Notes under the pieces: model-generated
Told to the model about the DNA's origin: nothing
Seen by the model: the letters and a program-made list of their open reading frames with translations, nothing else
Database searches by the model: none
Assembly (NCBI GenBank): GCA_026391805.1
Contig: JAPLDJ010000022.1
Location: forward strand, 2,253 to 66,252
Source of the DNA: Bacteroidota bacterium
Lineage (GTDB): Bacteria > Bacteroidota > Bacteroidia > Bacteroidales > FEN-979
Length of the DNA: 64,000 bases
Reading direction: 5' to 3'
Shown: positions 19,005 through 28,288 of the stretch, in pieces
Layout: each line of letters begins with the position of its first letter
How positions within the stretch are numbered: the first letter of the stretch is position 1
Made by a program: the position numbers and the translations under genes

Positions 19005-19101
19005 AGGGTTGGGGATTTATTTTTTAAAATTATACAGAAAGAATACCTGAAAAATGGACGCTGTTTTTTTTTATTAACAGAATCGCTGTTAATAGCTTAA
19101 T

Positions 19102-20445
19102 TTACTCGTTTTCCTCATCGAACCACTTCTGGATCTTCTGGATGAATGAATCGGTGAATTTCTTTCCTTCCTTGTCCGGATCCTTGATCTTTTTCTCTTT
19201 CACTTTCTTCACTTTTTTAACCTTTTCGGGAACTTCCGGTTGTTCTTCCGGTTCTTCAACCTCCAGGGGTTTCATCTTCTCCTTCTCTTTTTCGTATCGG
19301 TCGATCCCTACGATGACGAGTCCGATACCGGTTGCATACATCGGGCTGGCCATCTCCTCGATCACATCATTGGCCAGGTGTTCGTTCGGATACCCGATCC
19401 TGGTATCCATGCCGGTCTTGAATTCCGCCAGCTGTGCGATGTGCTTCAGCTGTGCGCCGCCACCGGTAAGAACGATCCCGCCGATCAGCTTCTTCTCATA
19501 GCCTGAGTTCTTGATCTCGAAATAGATGTACTCAATGATCTCTTCCATCCTTGCCTGGATGATGTTGGCGAGGTTCCGGATGCTAATCTCCTTGGGCGGA
19601 CGTCCCCGGAGGCCGGGAATGGCAACGATCTCCTCTTCGCGGTTTTCGCTGGCGAGCGCAGAGCCGAATTTCACCTTCAGCTCTTCTGCATGTTTCTTGA
19701 TGATCGAACAGCCTTCCTTCACGTCTTCCGTGATGATGTCGCCCCCAAGCGGAACAACCGCCGTATGGCGGATGATCCCTTCATGGAAAATGGCAATATC
19801 GGATGTTCCGCCGCCAATATCCACCAGTACGACACCTGCTTCTTTTTCTTCTTCACTCAGAACGGCTTCTGCCGAGGCAATCGGTTCAAGGATCAGGTCG
19901 ACCACCTCAAGCCCGGCTTTCCTTACGCATTTGTAAATGTTCTTTGCAGCAGCCGTTTGTCCGACGATGATATGAAAATTCGCCTCCAGCGAACTGCCCA
20001 TCATTCCTTTGGGCGACTTTACAACAGGTTCTCCGTCGAGGCTGAACTGCTGAGGAATGACCTCGATGATCTCTTCCCCGGGGTTCATGTTCAGGTTATA
20101 CATGCTGTTGATCAGGGTCTCGATCTCCTCACTGGAGATCTCAATCTCACTGTCTTTACGGATGGTACTGCCGTGATGCTGAAGACTTTTTATGTGCTGT
20201 CCGGCAATACCGACATTCACGAACCGGATATCCACCCCCGATTTCTGGGAAGCCTCCTTAATGGCATCCTTGATGGACTGAACCGTGTTCTCGATATTTG
20301 AGACCACACCGCGCTTGACCCCGATCGACGGGACCTTGCCGTGCCCCAGGATCTCGATCTTTCCGAATTCATTTTTTCGTCCGACGATGACTGCAATTTT
20401 TGTTGTGCCGATATCAAGGCCTACAATGATTTCTGATGTTTTCAT
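19102..20445 (-). CDS. ftsA: Cell division protein FtsA
   Basis: 447 aa with the actin-fold phosphate-1 motif VGLDIGTTKIAVIV and VDIGGGTSDIAIF. It has a K/E-rich C-terminal tail. Confidence 0.96.
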   Translation of the reverse strand: MKTSEIIVGLDIGTTKIAVIVGRKNEFGKIEILGHGKVPSIGVKRGVVSNIENTVQSIKDAIKEASQKSGVDIRFVNVGIAGQHIKSLQHHGSTIRKDSEIEISSEEIETLINSMYNLNMNPGEEIIEVIPQQFSLDGEPVVKSPKGMMGSSLEANFHIIVGQTAAAKNIYKCVRKAGLEVVDLILEPIASAEAVLSEEEKEAGVVLVDIGGGTSDIAIFHEGIIRHTAVVPLGGDIITEDVKEGCSIIKKHAEELKVKFGSALASENREEEIVAIPGLRGRPPKEISIRNLANIIQARMEEIIEYIYFEIKNSGYEKKLIGGIVLTGGGAQLKHIAQLAEFKTGMDTRIGYPNEHLANDVIEEMASPMYATGIGLVIVGIDRYEKEKEKMKPLEVEEPEEQPEVPEKVKKVKKVKEKKIKDPDKEGKKFTDSFIQKIQKWFDEENE

Positions 20446-20452
20446 ATTTACG

Positions 20453-21268
20453 TTAGATTTTTGAACAAACGACCTGATCTTTGAATTTTATATTGATGAT
20501 ATTGTATCTGTGCCATCCTGTTTTGCTGAGGCCCTGGCGGTAAAATACCAGGAGCCGTTCAAATTTATCCTCCAGGTTATCCGCTCCCCCGAGGATGATG
20601 ATATGATCGCCCACCCGGGGGATCAGTTCAAATTCTCCGCTGGGTTCAACATAGATCTGTTCGATCTGGGCTTTCAGGAATTTATCTTTGACGATGTAAG
20701 CGGCTACCTTGTAGAGATTGTTCATTACCGACCGGCATTCAATGGAATCTTTCCTGCTTACTGAGTCTTTGAGGTAACAGACTTTTTTCGAAAACGCTTC
20801 CGGGATCGATCCGGTAGCGACGAGCACCCTTGCGGAGAAAGCCGGGTTCAGCGGCATCAGGCTGCCGGTTCCGTCGAGGTAAAAGCTTTCACCTTTCTGG
20901 TTGAAGATCCGCAGGATGGGCTGACGCTGAACAATGTCGATCTCAACAACACCTTCCAGCGACATGTAAGCCTGGGCATCCGCAACATAGGTATGCTTTT
21001 TCAGTTCCCGTTCGATCCTTTCAAAATCAATGTTGCCGAGCGCCTCGCCTTTGAGAAGATTTCCAGTTCCCTTTATAACGTCGTAAACATCCTCCTGTGT
21101 TACCAGCACATCGGCTCTGCCATAGTCGATCTTGATGATGTATTTTTTACATACATTGCTGTTATGCTCAATGGTGGTGAATCCAAGAAGTGTAACCAGA
21201 CCTCCCGCCAGGAGGACCCACACGACAATTTCAAGGATTTTCAGAAACTTTTTCATTTTAACGTGCAT
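20453..21268 (-). CDS. ftsQ: Cell division protein FtsQ (POTRA domain)
   Basis: 271 aa with a single N-terminal TM helix. Its position between murC and ftsA and the POTRA-like region support the call. Confidence 0.8.
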   Translation of the reverse strand: MHVKMKKFLKILEIVVWVLLAGGLVTLLGFTTIEHNSNVCKKYIIKIDYGRADVLVTQEDVYDVIKGTGNLLKGEALGNIDFERIERELKKHTYVADAQAYMSLEGVVEIDIVQRQPILRIFNQKGESFYLDGTGSLMPLNPAFSARVLVATGSIPEAFSKKVCYLKDSVSRKDSIECRSVMNNLYKVAAYIVKDKFLKAQIEQIYVEPSGEFELIPRVGDHIIILGGADNLEDKFERLLVFYRQGLSKTGWHRYNIINIKFKDQVVCSKI

Positions 21269-22646
21269 TCATAAACAGGTTCCGGATGGGTTCTACCAGC
21301 TGGTCAATATCACCGGCTCCGAGTGTCAGCAATACCTCGGTTTTTTTTGCAGAAAGCACCTGTAGCAAACCGGTCTTTGTACAGATCATTTTTTCTTTCA
21401 TTCTTACCTTATCCAGCAGCATTTCCGAAGTAATGCCTTCGATCGGATTTTCCCTTGCAGGATAGATGTCCAGCAGGATCAGCTCGTCGAGCAATTCAAG
21501 GCTCGCTGCAAACTCATCCGCAAAATCCCGTGTCCGGGTAAAAAGGTGAGGCTGAAAGATCCCGGTGATTTTCTTTCCTGGATAAATCTCCCTGACCGCA
21601 AGGATACAGGCTTTCAGCTCTTCAGGATGATGGGCGTAATCGTCGATATAGACAAAATCATCGCGGAGTACCTGGAAATCAAAACGCCGCTGAACACCTG
21701 CAAAGGATTCGAGCGACCGGGCCAGGATGTCGGCCGGAATATCCAGCAGGATAGCCACGGCTGAAGCCGCAATCGCATTTTCAAGATTGAACTTCCCTGG
21801 AAGACCCAGCTTAAGATTGCTGATCACCTTCTTTGGCGTAACAAGATCAAACACAAATCGGCCATTCTCCAGTCTCACATTTTCTACACAGAAATCTGCT
21901 TCCTCCCCGAGACCGTATGTCCTTACGGAGTACCTGTCGCTTCCCGACGGCTTAATCTGAAGATTTTTTTTCAGGATCAGACTTCCGTTATCTTTTATAT
22001 GTGATGTGAATTCCTCGAAGGATGACCGCAATTCAGCCAGATCGCCATAGATATCGAGGTGATCAGCATCGGTGGAAGTAATAACCGCCGTATCAGGATA
22101 AAGCCGGAGAAAAGAACGGTCGAATTCATCAGCCTCAACGACAAAATATTCCGGTAAAGAAACAGATTGTTTTTCCGGTGAGCCTGAAATGATCAGGTTA
22201 GAATTATAATTTTTCGAGATCCCGCCAAGAAAGCCAACCATATTCATTCCGGCTGTCTTTAAGATATGGGCGATCATCGTGGTGATGGTGGTCTTGCCAT
22301 GCGTGCCGGCCACGGCGATGGTCTTCGTATTCCGGGTAATCATTCCCAGCACCTCCGACCGTTTTTTCAGCGGGTAACCTTTCTCAATGGCAAACCTGAG
22401 CTCTTTATGATCCTTCGGCAGGGCAGGGGTATATACGACAAGATCCGGTTTGTCCGGGACAAGGTCAGGTCGGTCTTCAAAATGAACAGGAACACCTTCT
22501 ACGATAAGCTGGTTTGTCAGGGTGGTCGGGGTTTTGTCATAACCTGAAACAGCAGCGCCGTTCCTGTGGAAATACCGGGCCAGTCCGCTCATGCCGATCC
22601 CTCCGATACCCAGGAAATAAACCGTTCTGTACTGTTCGTTTAACAT
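21258..22646 (-). CDS. murC: UDP-N-acetylmuramate--L-alanine ligase
   Basis: 462 aa with FLGIGGIGMSGLARYF, the ATP-binding motif AVAGTHGKTT and the Mur ligase C-terminal domain. Confidence 0.96.
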   Translation of the reverse strand: MLNEQYRTVYFLGIGGIGMSGLARYFHRNGAAVSGYDKTPTTLTNQLIVEGVPVHFEDRPDLVPDKPDLVVYTPALPKDHKELRFAIEKGYPLKKRSEVLGMITRNTKTIAVAGTHGKTTITTMIAHILKTAGMNMVGFLGGISKNYNSNLIISGSPEKQSVSLPEYFVVEADEFDRSFLRLYPDTAVITSTDADHLDIYGDLAELRSSFEEFTSHIKDNGSLILKKNLQIKPSGSDRYSVRTYGLGEEADFCVENVRLENGRFVFDLVTPKKVISNLKLGLPGKFNLENAIAASAVAILLDIPADILARSLESFAGVQRRFDFQVLRDDFVYIDDYAHHPEELKACILAVREIYPGKKITGIFQPHLFTRTRDFADEFAASLELLDELILLDIYPARENPIEGITSEMLLDKVRMKEKMICTKTGLLQVLSAKKTEVLLTLGAGDIDQLVEPIRNLFMNAR

Positions 22647-22656
22647 ACCCTTTTAA

Positions 22657-23757
22657 TTATTCTTTTGTGATCAGCTTTAAAGATTCCTCTGCGATCCTGT
22701 CTGCAGCATCGGGAATGGCCAGCATCCTGATGTTTTTCCTTAATTCGTGCTGCATTTCCTGATTTGCAGCAAGTTCATTCACCATGGGAAAAAGCTTTTC
22801 CTCTGCTTCCCGGTCCTTAATCATCCATGCCGCGGACTGCGTTACAAGGGCTTCCGCATTCTTTGTCTGGTGGTCTTCGGCAACATTTGGAGAAGGAATG
22901 AGAATGACCGGTTTCCCGACGATGCACAATTCCGAAATGGCAATAGCACCGGCCCGCGAAACAATGATTTCAGCTGCGGTATAGGCCAGGTCCATCCTGT
23001 CGATGAACGGAAAAATGCGGACATTTTCCATGTTCACCACGGCCTGATTGGATTCGATCTGATCATAATAATACTTACCGGTCTGCCAGAGCAATTGAAT
23101 ATTATCTTTTTCAGCAATGCTTTCAAGGTATTTTATCACGCTTTTATTGATCGTTCCTGCGCCAAGACTTCCGCCCATGATTAAAATGATTTTCTGTTCA
23201 TGGTTCAGCTTGAAATAATCCAGCGCTTCATTCTTATTTTTATTGATCAGGATGTCCTGTCTTACAGGATTACCGGTGAGTATGATCTTCTTTTTCGGAA
23301 AGAACCTTTCCATGCCCTCGTATGCAACGCAGATCCGGTCGACATTACCCCCCAGCAATTTATTCGTTATTCCGGGATAAGAATTCTGTTCCTGGATCAA
23401 TGCCGGGATCTTTCTTCTCACAGCCATCCTCAGTGTCGGTCCGCTGGCATATCCGCCAACGCCGATGACCACATCCGGTTTAAATTTCCTGAGGATCTGG
23501 TCAGCCATGGCAAGGCTCGTGATGACTTTAACCGGAAAAAGAAGGTTTTTCAGGGTTAACCTGCGCTGGAGACCACTGATCCATAATCCTTTGATCTTGT
23601 ACCCGGCGGCAGGCACTTTTTCCATCTCCATTCTTCCTTTTGCCCCGATAAAAAGGATTTCTGCATCCGGCTCCTGCTTCATCAGTGCATTGGCAATGGC
23701 AATGGCAGGAAAGATATGTCCTCCCGTTCCTCCTCCGCTGATGATGATCCTTTTCAT
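22657..23757 (-). CDS. murG: Undecaprenyldiphospho-muramoylpentapeptide beta-N-acetylglucosaminyltransferase
   Basis: 366 aa with the ISGGGTGGHIFPAIAIA G-loop and GGSLGA. Confidence 0.96.
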   Translation of the reverse strand: MKRIIISGGGTGGHIFPAIAIANALMKQEPDAEILFIGAKGRMEMEKVPAAGYKIKGLWISGLQRRLTLKNLLFPVKVITSLAMADQILRKFKPDVVIGVGGYASGPTLRMAVRRKIPALIQEQNSYPGITNKLLGGNVDRICVAYEGMERFFPKKKIILTGNPVRQDILINKNKNEALDYFKLNHEQKIILIMGGSLGAGTINKSVIKYLESIAEKDNIQLLWQTGKYYYDQIESNQAVVNMENVRIFPFIDRMDLAYTAAEIIVSRAGAIAISELCIVGKPVILIPSPNVAEDHQTKNAEALVTQSAAWMIKDREAEEKLFPMVNELAANQEMQHELRKNIRMLAIPDAADRIAEESLKLITKE

Positions 23758-23775
23758 ATTTTCAATAACTATTCT

Positions 23776-24972
23776 TTAACCGACCGCCGGTACAGGGTTT
23801 CCTTCACCCAGCACTTCGATTTCCGTTCCATCTTTGGTTTCGATCTCAACCTTCCGGCTGACGCTCAGGATGATCCCAAGAGAAATGCAGGTAAACCAGA
23901 TGGAGGTTCCTCCCATGCTGATCAGCGGCAGCGTCTGACCGGTAACGGGAAACAGGTGAACCGCCACCGCCATGTTGATCAATGCCTGGAAGACCAGGCT
24001 GAACCCGATCCCGATCGCAAGAAATGCACCGAAATTTCCCTGGCTTTTCGTGGTGATCCGCACTACCCTGTAAAACAGGATGCAATAGAGGAGCAATACG
24101 AAAGCTCCTCCGACAATTCCGTATTCTTCAACGATGATCGCAAAAATGAAATCAGAATAGGGGTGGGGGAGAAAATTCCGTTGTGTGCTCTTCCCGGGTG
24201 ATTTCCCCAGGATCCCACCCGATACAATGGCAATTTTACTTTGTTCAACCTGGTAATTCGCATCTTCATCCGCGTTTTCCTTGTTCAGGAAATGATCCAC
24301 CCTGCTGGTCCAGGTTCCACCGCGCGGGAATAGATTGGGAGCCGTTTTCGCAAGGGTGAAGATAAAGACCATGGCAACGATTCCCAGCCCGATCAGCGTG
24401 AAAATATACTTCAGGGAGATCCTTCCGGTAAACATCAGAACCAGGCTGGTGACAAATAAAATGGCCGCCGTTGAAAAGTTGGCCGGTAATATCAGGGCAC
24501 AAATAACAAAAGCAGGTAAAATAACGGGAAGAAATCCCTTTTTAAAGTTTTTAATCTCCTCCTGCTTCTTGCTCAGAACCCGGGCCAGGTACATGATCAG
24601 GAACAATTTGGCGACGTCTGAACTCTGGAAGGTCAGGTTGATGATCGGAACCGTAAGCCAGCGGTTGGCTTCGTTCAGGCTGGTGCCGGAGAAAAGTGTG
24701 ATCAGCAGCAAAGGAACCGTGAGTATCAGTCCGATCTGCGAGATCCTTGAGAAATAGGTGTACTTTACCAGGTGAGTGGCATACATAAGACCGATGCCAA
24801 ACATCAGGATGATGAAATGTTTTATGAGGTAGTATTCGGTATTCCCTCCCTGCTTTTTATAGGCAAGGGTTCCGGTGGAACTGTAAACGGCCAGGAGGGA
24901 AAAAATGCAAAGAATGATCACCAGGACCCAGATCACAACATCCCCTTTTGCATTTTTAATGTATTTCATCAT
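23776..24972 (-). CDS. ftsW: FtsW/RodA/SpoVE family peptidoglycan polymerase (FtsW)
   Basis: 398 aa polytopic membrane protein with the PLISMGGTS motif, in the expected dcw position. Confidence 0.93.
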   Translation of the reverse strand: MMKYIKNAKGDVVIWVLVIILCIFSLLAVYSSTGTLAYKKQGGNTEYYLIKHFIILMFGIGLMYATHLVKYTYFSRISQIGLILTVPLLLITLFSGTSLNEANRWLTVPIINLTFQSSDVAKLFLIMYLARVLSKKQEEIKNFKKGFLPVILPAFVICALILPANFSTAAILFVTSLVLMFTGRISLKYIFTLIGLGIVAMVFIFTLAKTAPNLFPRGGTWTSRVDHFLNKENADEDANYQVEQSKIAIVSGGILGKSPGKSTQRNFLPHPYSDFIFAIIVEEYGIVGGAFVLLLYCILFYRVVRITTKSQGNFGAFLAIGIGFSLVFQALINMAVAVHLFPVTGQTLPLISMGGTSIWFTCISLGIILSVSRKVEIETKDGTEIEVLGEGNPVPAVG

Positions 24973-24983
24973 AAACGGATCGA

Positions 24984-25532
24984 TTAAAGTTGTTTGACGG
25001 CATGGTTAAAAGCTCTTCCCCGTTCTTCAAAGTCTTTAAAGAGATCGAAGCTTGCACATCCCGGTGAAAGGAGAACCACATCTCCTGTTTTACCTGCACA
25101 ATAGGCCAGGTCGACCGCTTCTTCCATGCTCACCGCATCGGTGATCGGAATATCGAGATCTGACAAAGAAGACATGAAATGATCGCTGTCCATGCCAAGG
25201 AAGATGATCGATTGGACCTTGTTGCGTATCAGCGGCTTGAGCAGCGTGTAATCCATCCGGGCATCCATGCCCCCGGCGATCCAGATTACAGGTTTGGTCA
25301 TGCTTTCGAGCGCAAACCAGGTTGAATTGATGTTCGTGGCCATGGAATCATTGATGAATTCAATGCCATGAACGTTGGCCACGGATTCAATCCGGAACTC
25401 CAGGTGCTTGAAATCACAAAAACATTCCTTTATAAAATTACTCCTGACATCCCTTATACGGTCAGTAATGGAGGCTGCCATAGAGCTGCGGACAACCGGG
25501 TGTCCCTGTAAAGCCAATGTTTCGAGAATCAT
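24984..25532 (-). pseudogene. murD: murD remnant: C-terminal third of UDP-MurNAc-L-Ala--D-Glu ligase only
   Basis: The 182-aa ORF matches only the last part of MurD (...FINDSMATN...IAGGMDARMDY...VLLSPGCASFDLFKDFEERG). Only 41 bp separate it from the mraY stop, so the Rossmann domain and the GxxGKT ATP-binding domain (roughly 260 aa) are absent. Several invariant residues are substituted. Confidence 0.7.
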
Positions 25533-25573
25533 GTTTTCAGTTTTATAGAGTTCTAATATGAATGACTGCTTCG

Positions 25574-26745
25574 TTATCTCAGTTTTAGTGTAATAATTGC
25601 AAGCACGGCGAGCATGATCCCGATGATCAGGAACCTGACCACGATCTTTGATTCATGGTATCCTTTTTTTTGGTAATGATGATGAAGCGGCGACATCAGG
25701 AAAATCCTTCGGCCTTCACCGAATCTTCGTTTTGTATATTTGAAATAGCCGACCTGCATGACCACGGAAAGGTTTTCAATAAGAAAAACCCCGCAGAAAA
25801 TAGGGATCATGATCTCCTTGCGGATGAGAATGGCAAAGACCGCAATGATGCCGCCCAGCGCCAGGCTGCCCGTATCGCCCATGAAGACCTGGGCCGGGTA
25901 TGAATTGTACCACATAAACCCAATGCAGGCTCCGACGAAGGCGCTGACAGGATTCCCAGCGTAAGGCCGATGATGGCCGAACTCCCGGTCGCCAGTCCGT
26001 CCAGCCCATCAGTCAGGTTTGCACCATTCGAAACTGCGATGATGATGAAAATGACAATCGGGATAAAGATCAGGAATGTCCATTTTTTATAATCGTTCCC
26101 GATCCATGAGATCAGGACGGAATAATCAAATTCATTGTTCTTCAGGAAAGGGATTGTAGTCTTGGTTGATTTGATCGGTGGTTTCGTATTTATCTTTGCC
26201 CTGTCGGCATTACCTTCCACGTTAAAGATCTCGGAGGATGAAACGTATGACTGCCGGCTGGTTTTCTCGCGGATCACGATGTCCTTGCTGTAAAACATGG
26301 TAAATCCCACGATCAGTCCCAGACCTATCTGCCCGGTGATCTTGAATTTCCCGGCCAGCCCTTTCTTGTCTTTCTTGAATACCTTGATGTAATCATCCAG
26401 GAAACCAATTGTACCCAGCCATACTGTTGAAATCAGGATGATGACGATATAGATGTTCTGAAGCTTCGCAAAAAGAAGCGTAGGGATCAGGATGGCTGCA
26501 AGAATGATCAGCCCTCCCATGGTTGGTGTTCCCTGCTTGGCCGTCTGCCCATCCAGCCCGAGGTCGCGTATGGTTTCGCCCACCTGCTTCTTCCGCAGGT
26601 ATCCGATCAGTCGTCTTCCGATGATCATGGAGATAAAAAGGGAGGTAATAAGCGCAAATGCTGCCCTGAAGGAGATGAATTTAAATACTCCGGCCCCGGG
26701 GAAATCGAAGGCCTCATGCAACCAGGTAAATAAATAGTAGAGCAT
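25574..26745 (-). pseudogene. mraY: mraY (phospho-N-acetylmuramoyl-pentapeptide transferase) disrupted by internal deletion and frameshift
   Basis: Two overlapping ORFs in different frames. 25807..26745 carries DDYIKV and [25 protein letters not shown] and then reads nonsense. 25574..25915 carries (AFVGACIGF)[22 protein letters not shown]...PLHHHY. About 28 conserved residues between the two parts are missing, with the junction near 25941-25950. Confidence 0.75.
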
Positions 26746-26757
26746 AATGTTTGATTT

Positions 26758-28242
26758 TCAAAACTGTTCTGCTTCCAACCCAAATACTTCTCTTATAACC
26801 TCTTTGTCGTCAAAGGGATACTTCACACCCTGGATCTCCTGGTAAGTTTCATGACCTTTACCTGCAACAAGGATGATGTCGCCCGGTTGTGCAAGTGCAC
26901 AGGCCGTTTTGATGGCTTCCCTGCGGTTCACGATTTCCAGGACACTCTTTTTATATTGTACCTCAACTCCTTGTCTCATGTCATCAATGATTGCTTCCGG
27001 TTTTTCCGAACGCGGATTGTCGGAAGTCAGGATAACCTTGTCGCTGAGGTTGCAGGCTATTCTGGCCATTACAGGACGTTTGGCAGAATCCCTGTCGCCT
27101 CCTGCTCCTACCACGGTGATTAATTTTTCATTCATCGTGCGGATCGACCGGATCGTTGCAAGCACATTCTGTAACGCATCCGGTGTGTGGGCATAATCAA
27201 CAATGGCAGTGATGTTATCCCTGGTCCGGATATAGTTGAACCGTCCGTCAACCGGATCACAACTGCTCAGTGCCTGAAGGACATTTTGTTTGTCCTCACC
27301 AAGCAGCATTGCAGCTCCATATGCAGAAAGCAGGTTATAGGCATTGAAGCTGCCGATCAGCCTGAACCAGCAATCCACGCCGTCCATGTTCAGCAGAAGC
27401 CCCTGGAACTGGTTCTCAAGGATCCTGCACCTGAAATCAGCCATGGATTGCAGGCTGTATGTTGAAACCTTTGCCTTCGTGTTCTGGACCATTACCATCC
27501 CGTTCCGGTCATCTTTATTAATAAGGGCGAAGGAACCTTCAGGCAATTCGTCAAAAAAAGATTTTTTTGCTTTAAGGTAAGCGTCAAAGGTTTTGTGGTA
27601 GTCAAGATGATCGTGTGTAAGATTGGTGAATATGCCTCCATTGAATGTAAGGCCAGCTATCCGCTGTTGAACCACTGCATGCGAGCTGACCTCCATAAAG
27701 CAATGCGTGCAGCCTTCCTTCACCATTTGGGATAACAGTTCATTCAATTCTATTGGATCAGGGGTTGTGTGTGTGGATGAAACTGCAACATCGGCAATCT
27801 TATTCCGGATCGTCGAAACCAGTCCTGCCTTGTAACCAAGTTTGCGGAAAAGCTGGTGAAGAACTGTTACAATCGTGGTTTTACCATTGGTGCCGGTAAC
27901 CCCAACCAGGTTTAGTTGGGCAGACGGATTTCCGAGATAATTCGATGCCATGACAGCTTTTGCAAATGCGCTGTCAGCAACCCGGACATAAGTAATATCT
28001 TCATCCCTTTTTTCAGGAATTGTTTCACATACAACAGCAACCGCTCCTGCACTAACAGCATTATCGATATACTGATGACCGTCGGATGTATTTCCTTTGA
28101 CCGCGAAATAAAGTGATCCCTGAGCCACCTTCCTGGAATCATATTCCAGCGATGAAATGTCCCGGTCCAGGTTCCCAATAACCTCAACCACTTCCAGGCT
28201 TCCCACTATATTTCTTAAACTCCTCATTTCTTCATTCCTCAT
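26758..28242 (-). CDS. murE: UDP-N-acetylmuramoyl-L-alanyl-D-glutamate--2,6-diaminopimelate ligase
   Basis: 494 aa with VGVTGTNGKTT and the DNPR motif (LTSDNPRSE). The start is uncertain: in-frame ATGs at 28242 and 28227 both lie inside a short tandem repeat. Confidence 0.94.
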   Translation of the reverse strand: MRNEEMRSLRNIVGSLEVVEVIGNLDRDISSLEYDSRKVAQGSLYFAVKGNTSDGHQYIDNAVSAGAVAVVCETIPEKRDEDITYVRVADSAFAKAVMASNYLGNPSAQLNLVGVTGTNGKTTIVTVLHQLFRKLGYKAGLVSTIRNKIADVAVSSTHTTPDPIELNELLSQMVKEGCTHCFMEVSSHAVVQQRIAGLTFNGGIFTNLTHDHLDYHKTFDAYLKAKKSFFDELPEGSFALINKDDRNGMVMVQNTKAKVSTYSLQSMADFRCRILENQFQGLLLNMDGVDCWFRLIGSFNAYNLLSAYGAAMLLGEDKQNVLQALSSCDPVDGRFNYIRTRDNITAIVDYAHTPDALQNVLATIRSIRTMNEKLITVVGAGGDRDSAKRPVMARIACNLSDKVILTSDNPRSEKPEAIIDDMRQGVEVQYKKSVLEIVNRREAIKTACALAQPGDIILVAGKGHETYQEIQGVKYPFDDKEVIREVFGLEAEQF

Positions 28243-28287
28243 TCCTCATTCAATAATTTCTTCATTCCCGCATTTCTTCATTCCCGC
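28220..28287. repeat. Short tandem repeats filling the ftsI-murE junction
   Basis: The minus strand reads AATGAGG AATGAGG AATGAAG AAATGAGG (28220-28255). There is also a perfect 16-bp tandem duplication, GCGGGAATGAAGAAAT x2 (28256-28271 and 28272-28287). Confidence 0.9.
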
Positions 28288-28288
28288 A

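Noticed and set aside
26745-26758. Absence of murF between murE and mraY.
   Set aside because: As far as I recall, Bacteroidota dcw clusters normally lack murF, which is encoded elsewhere. This is lineage-typical and not a deletion.
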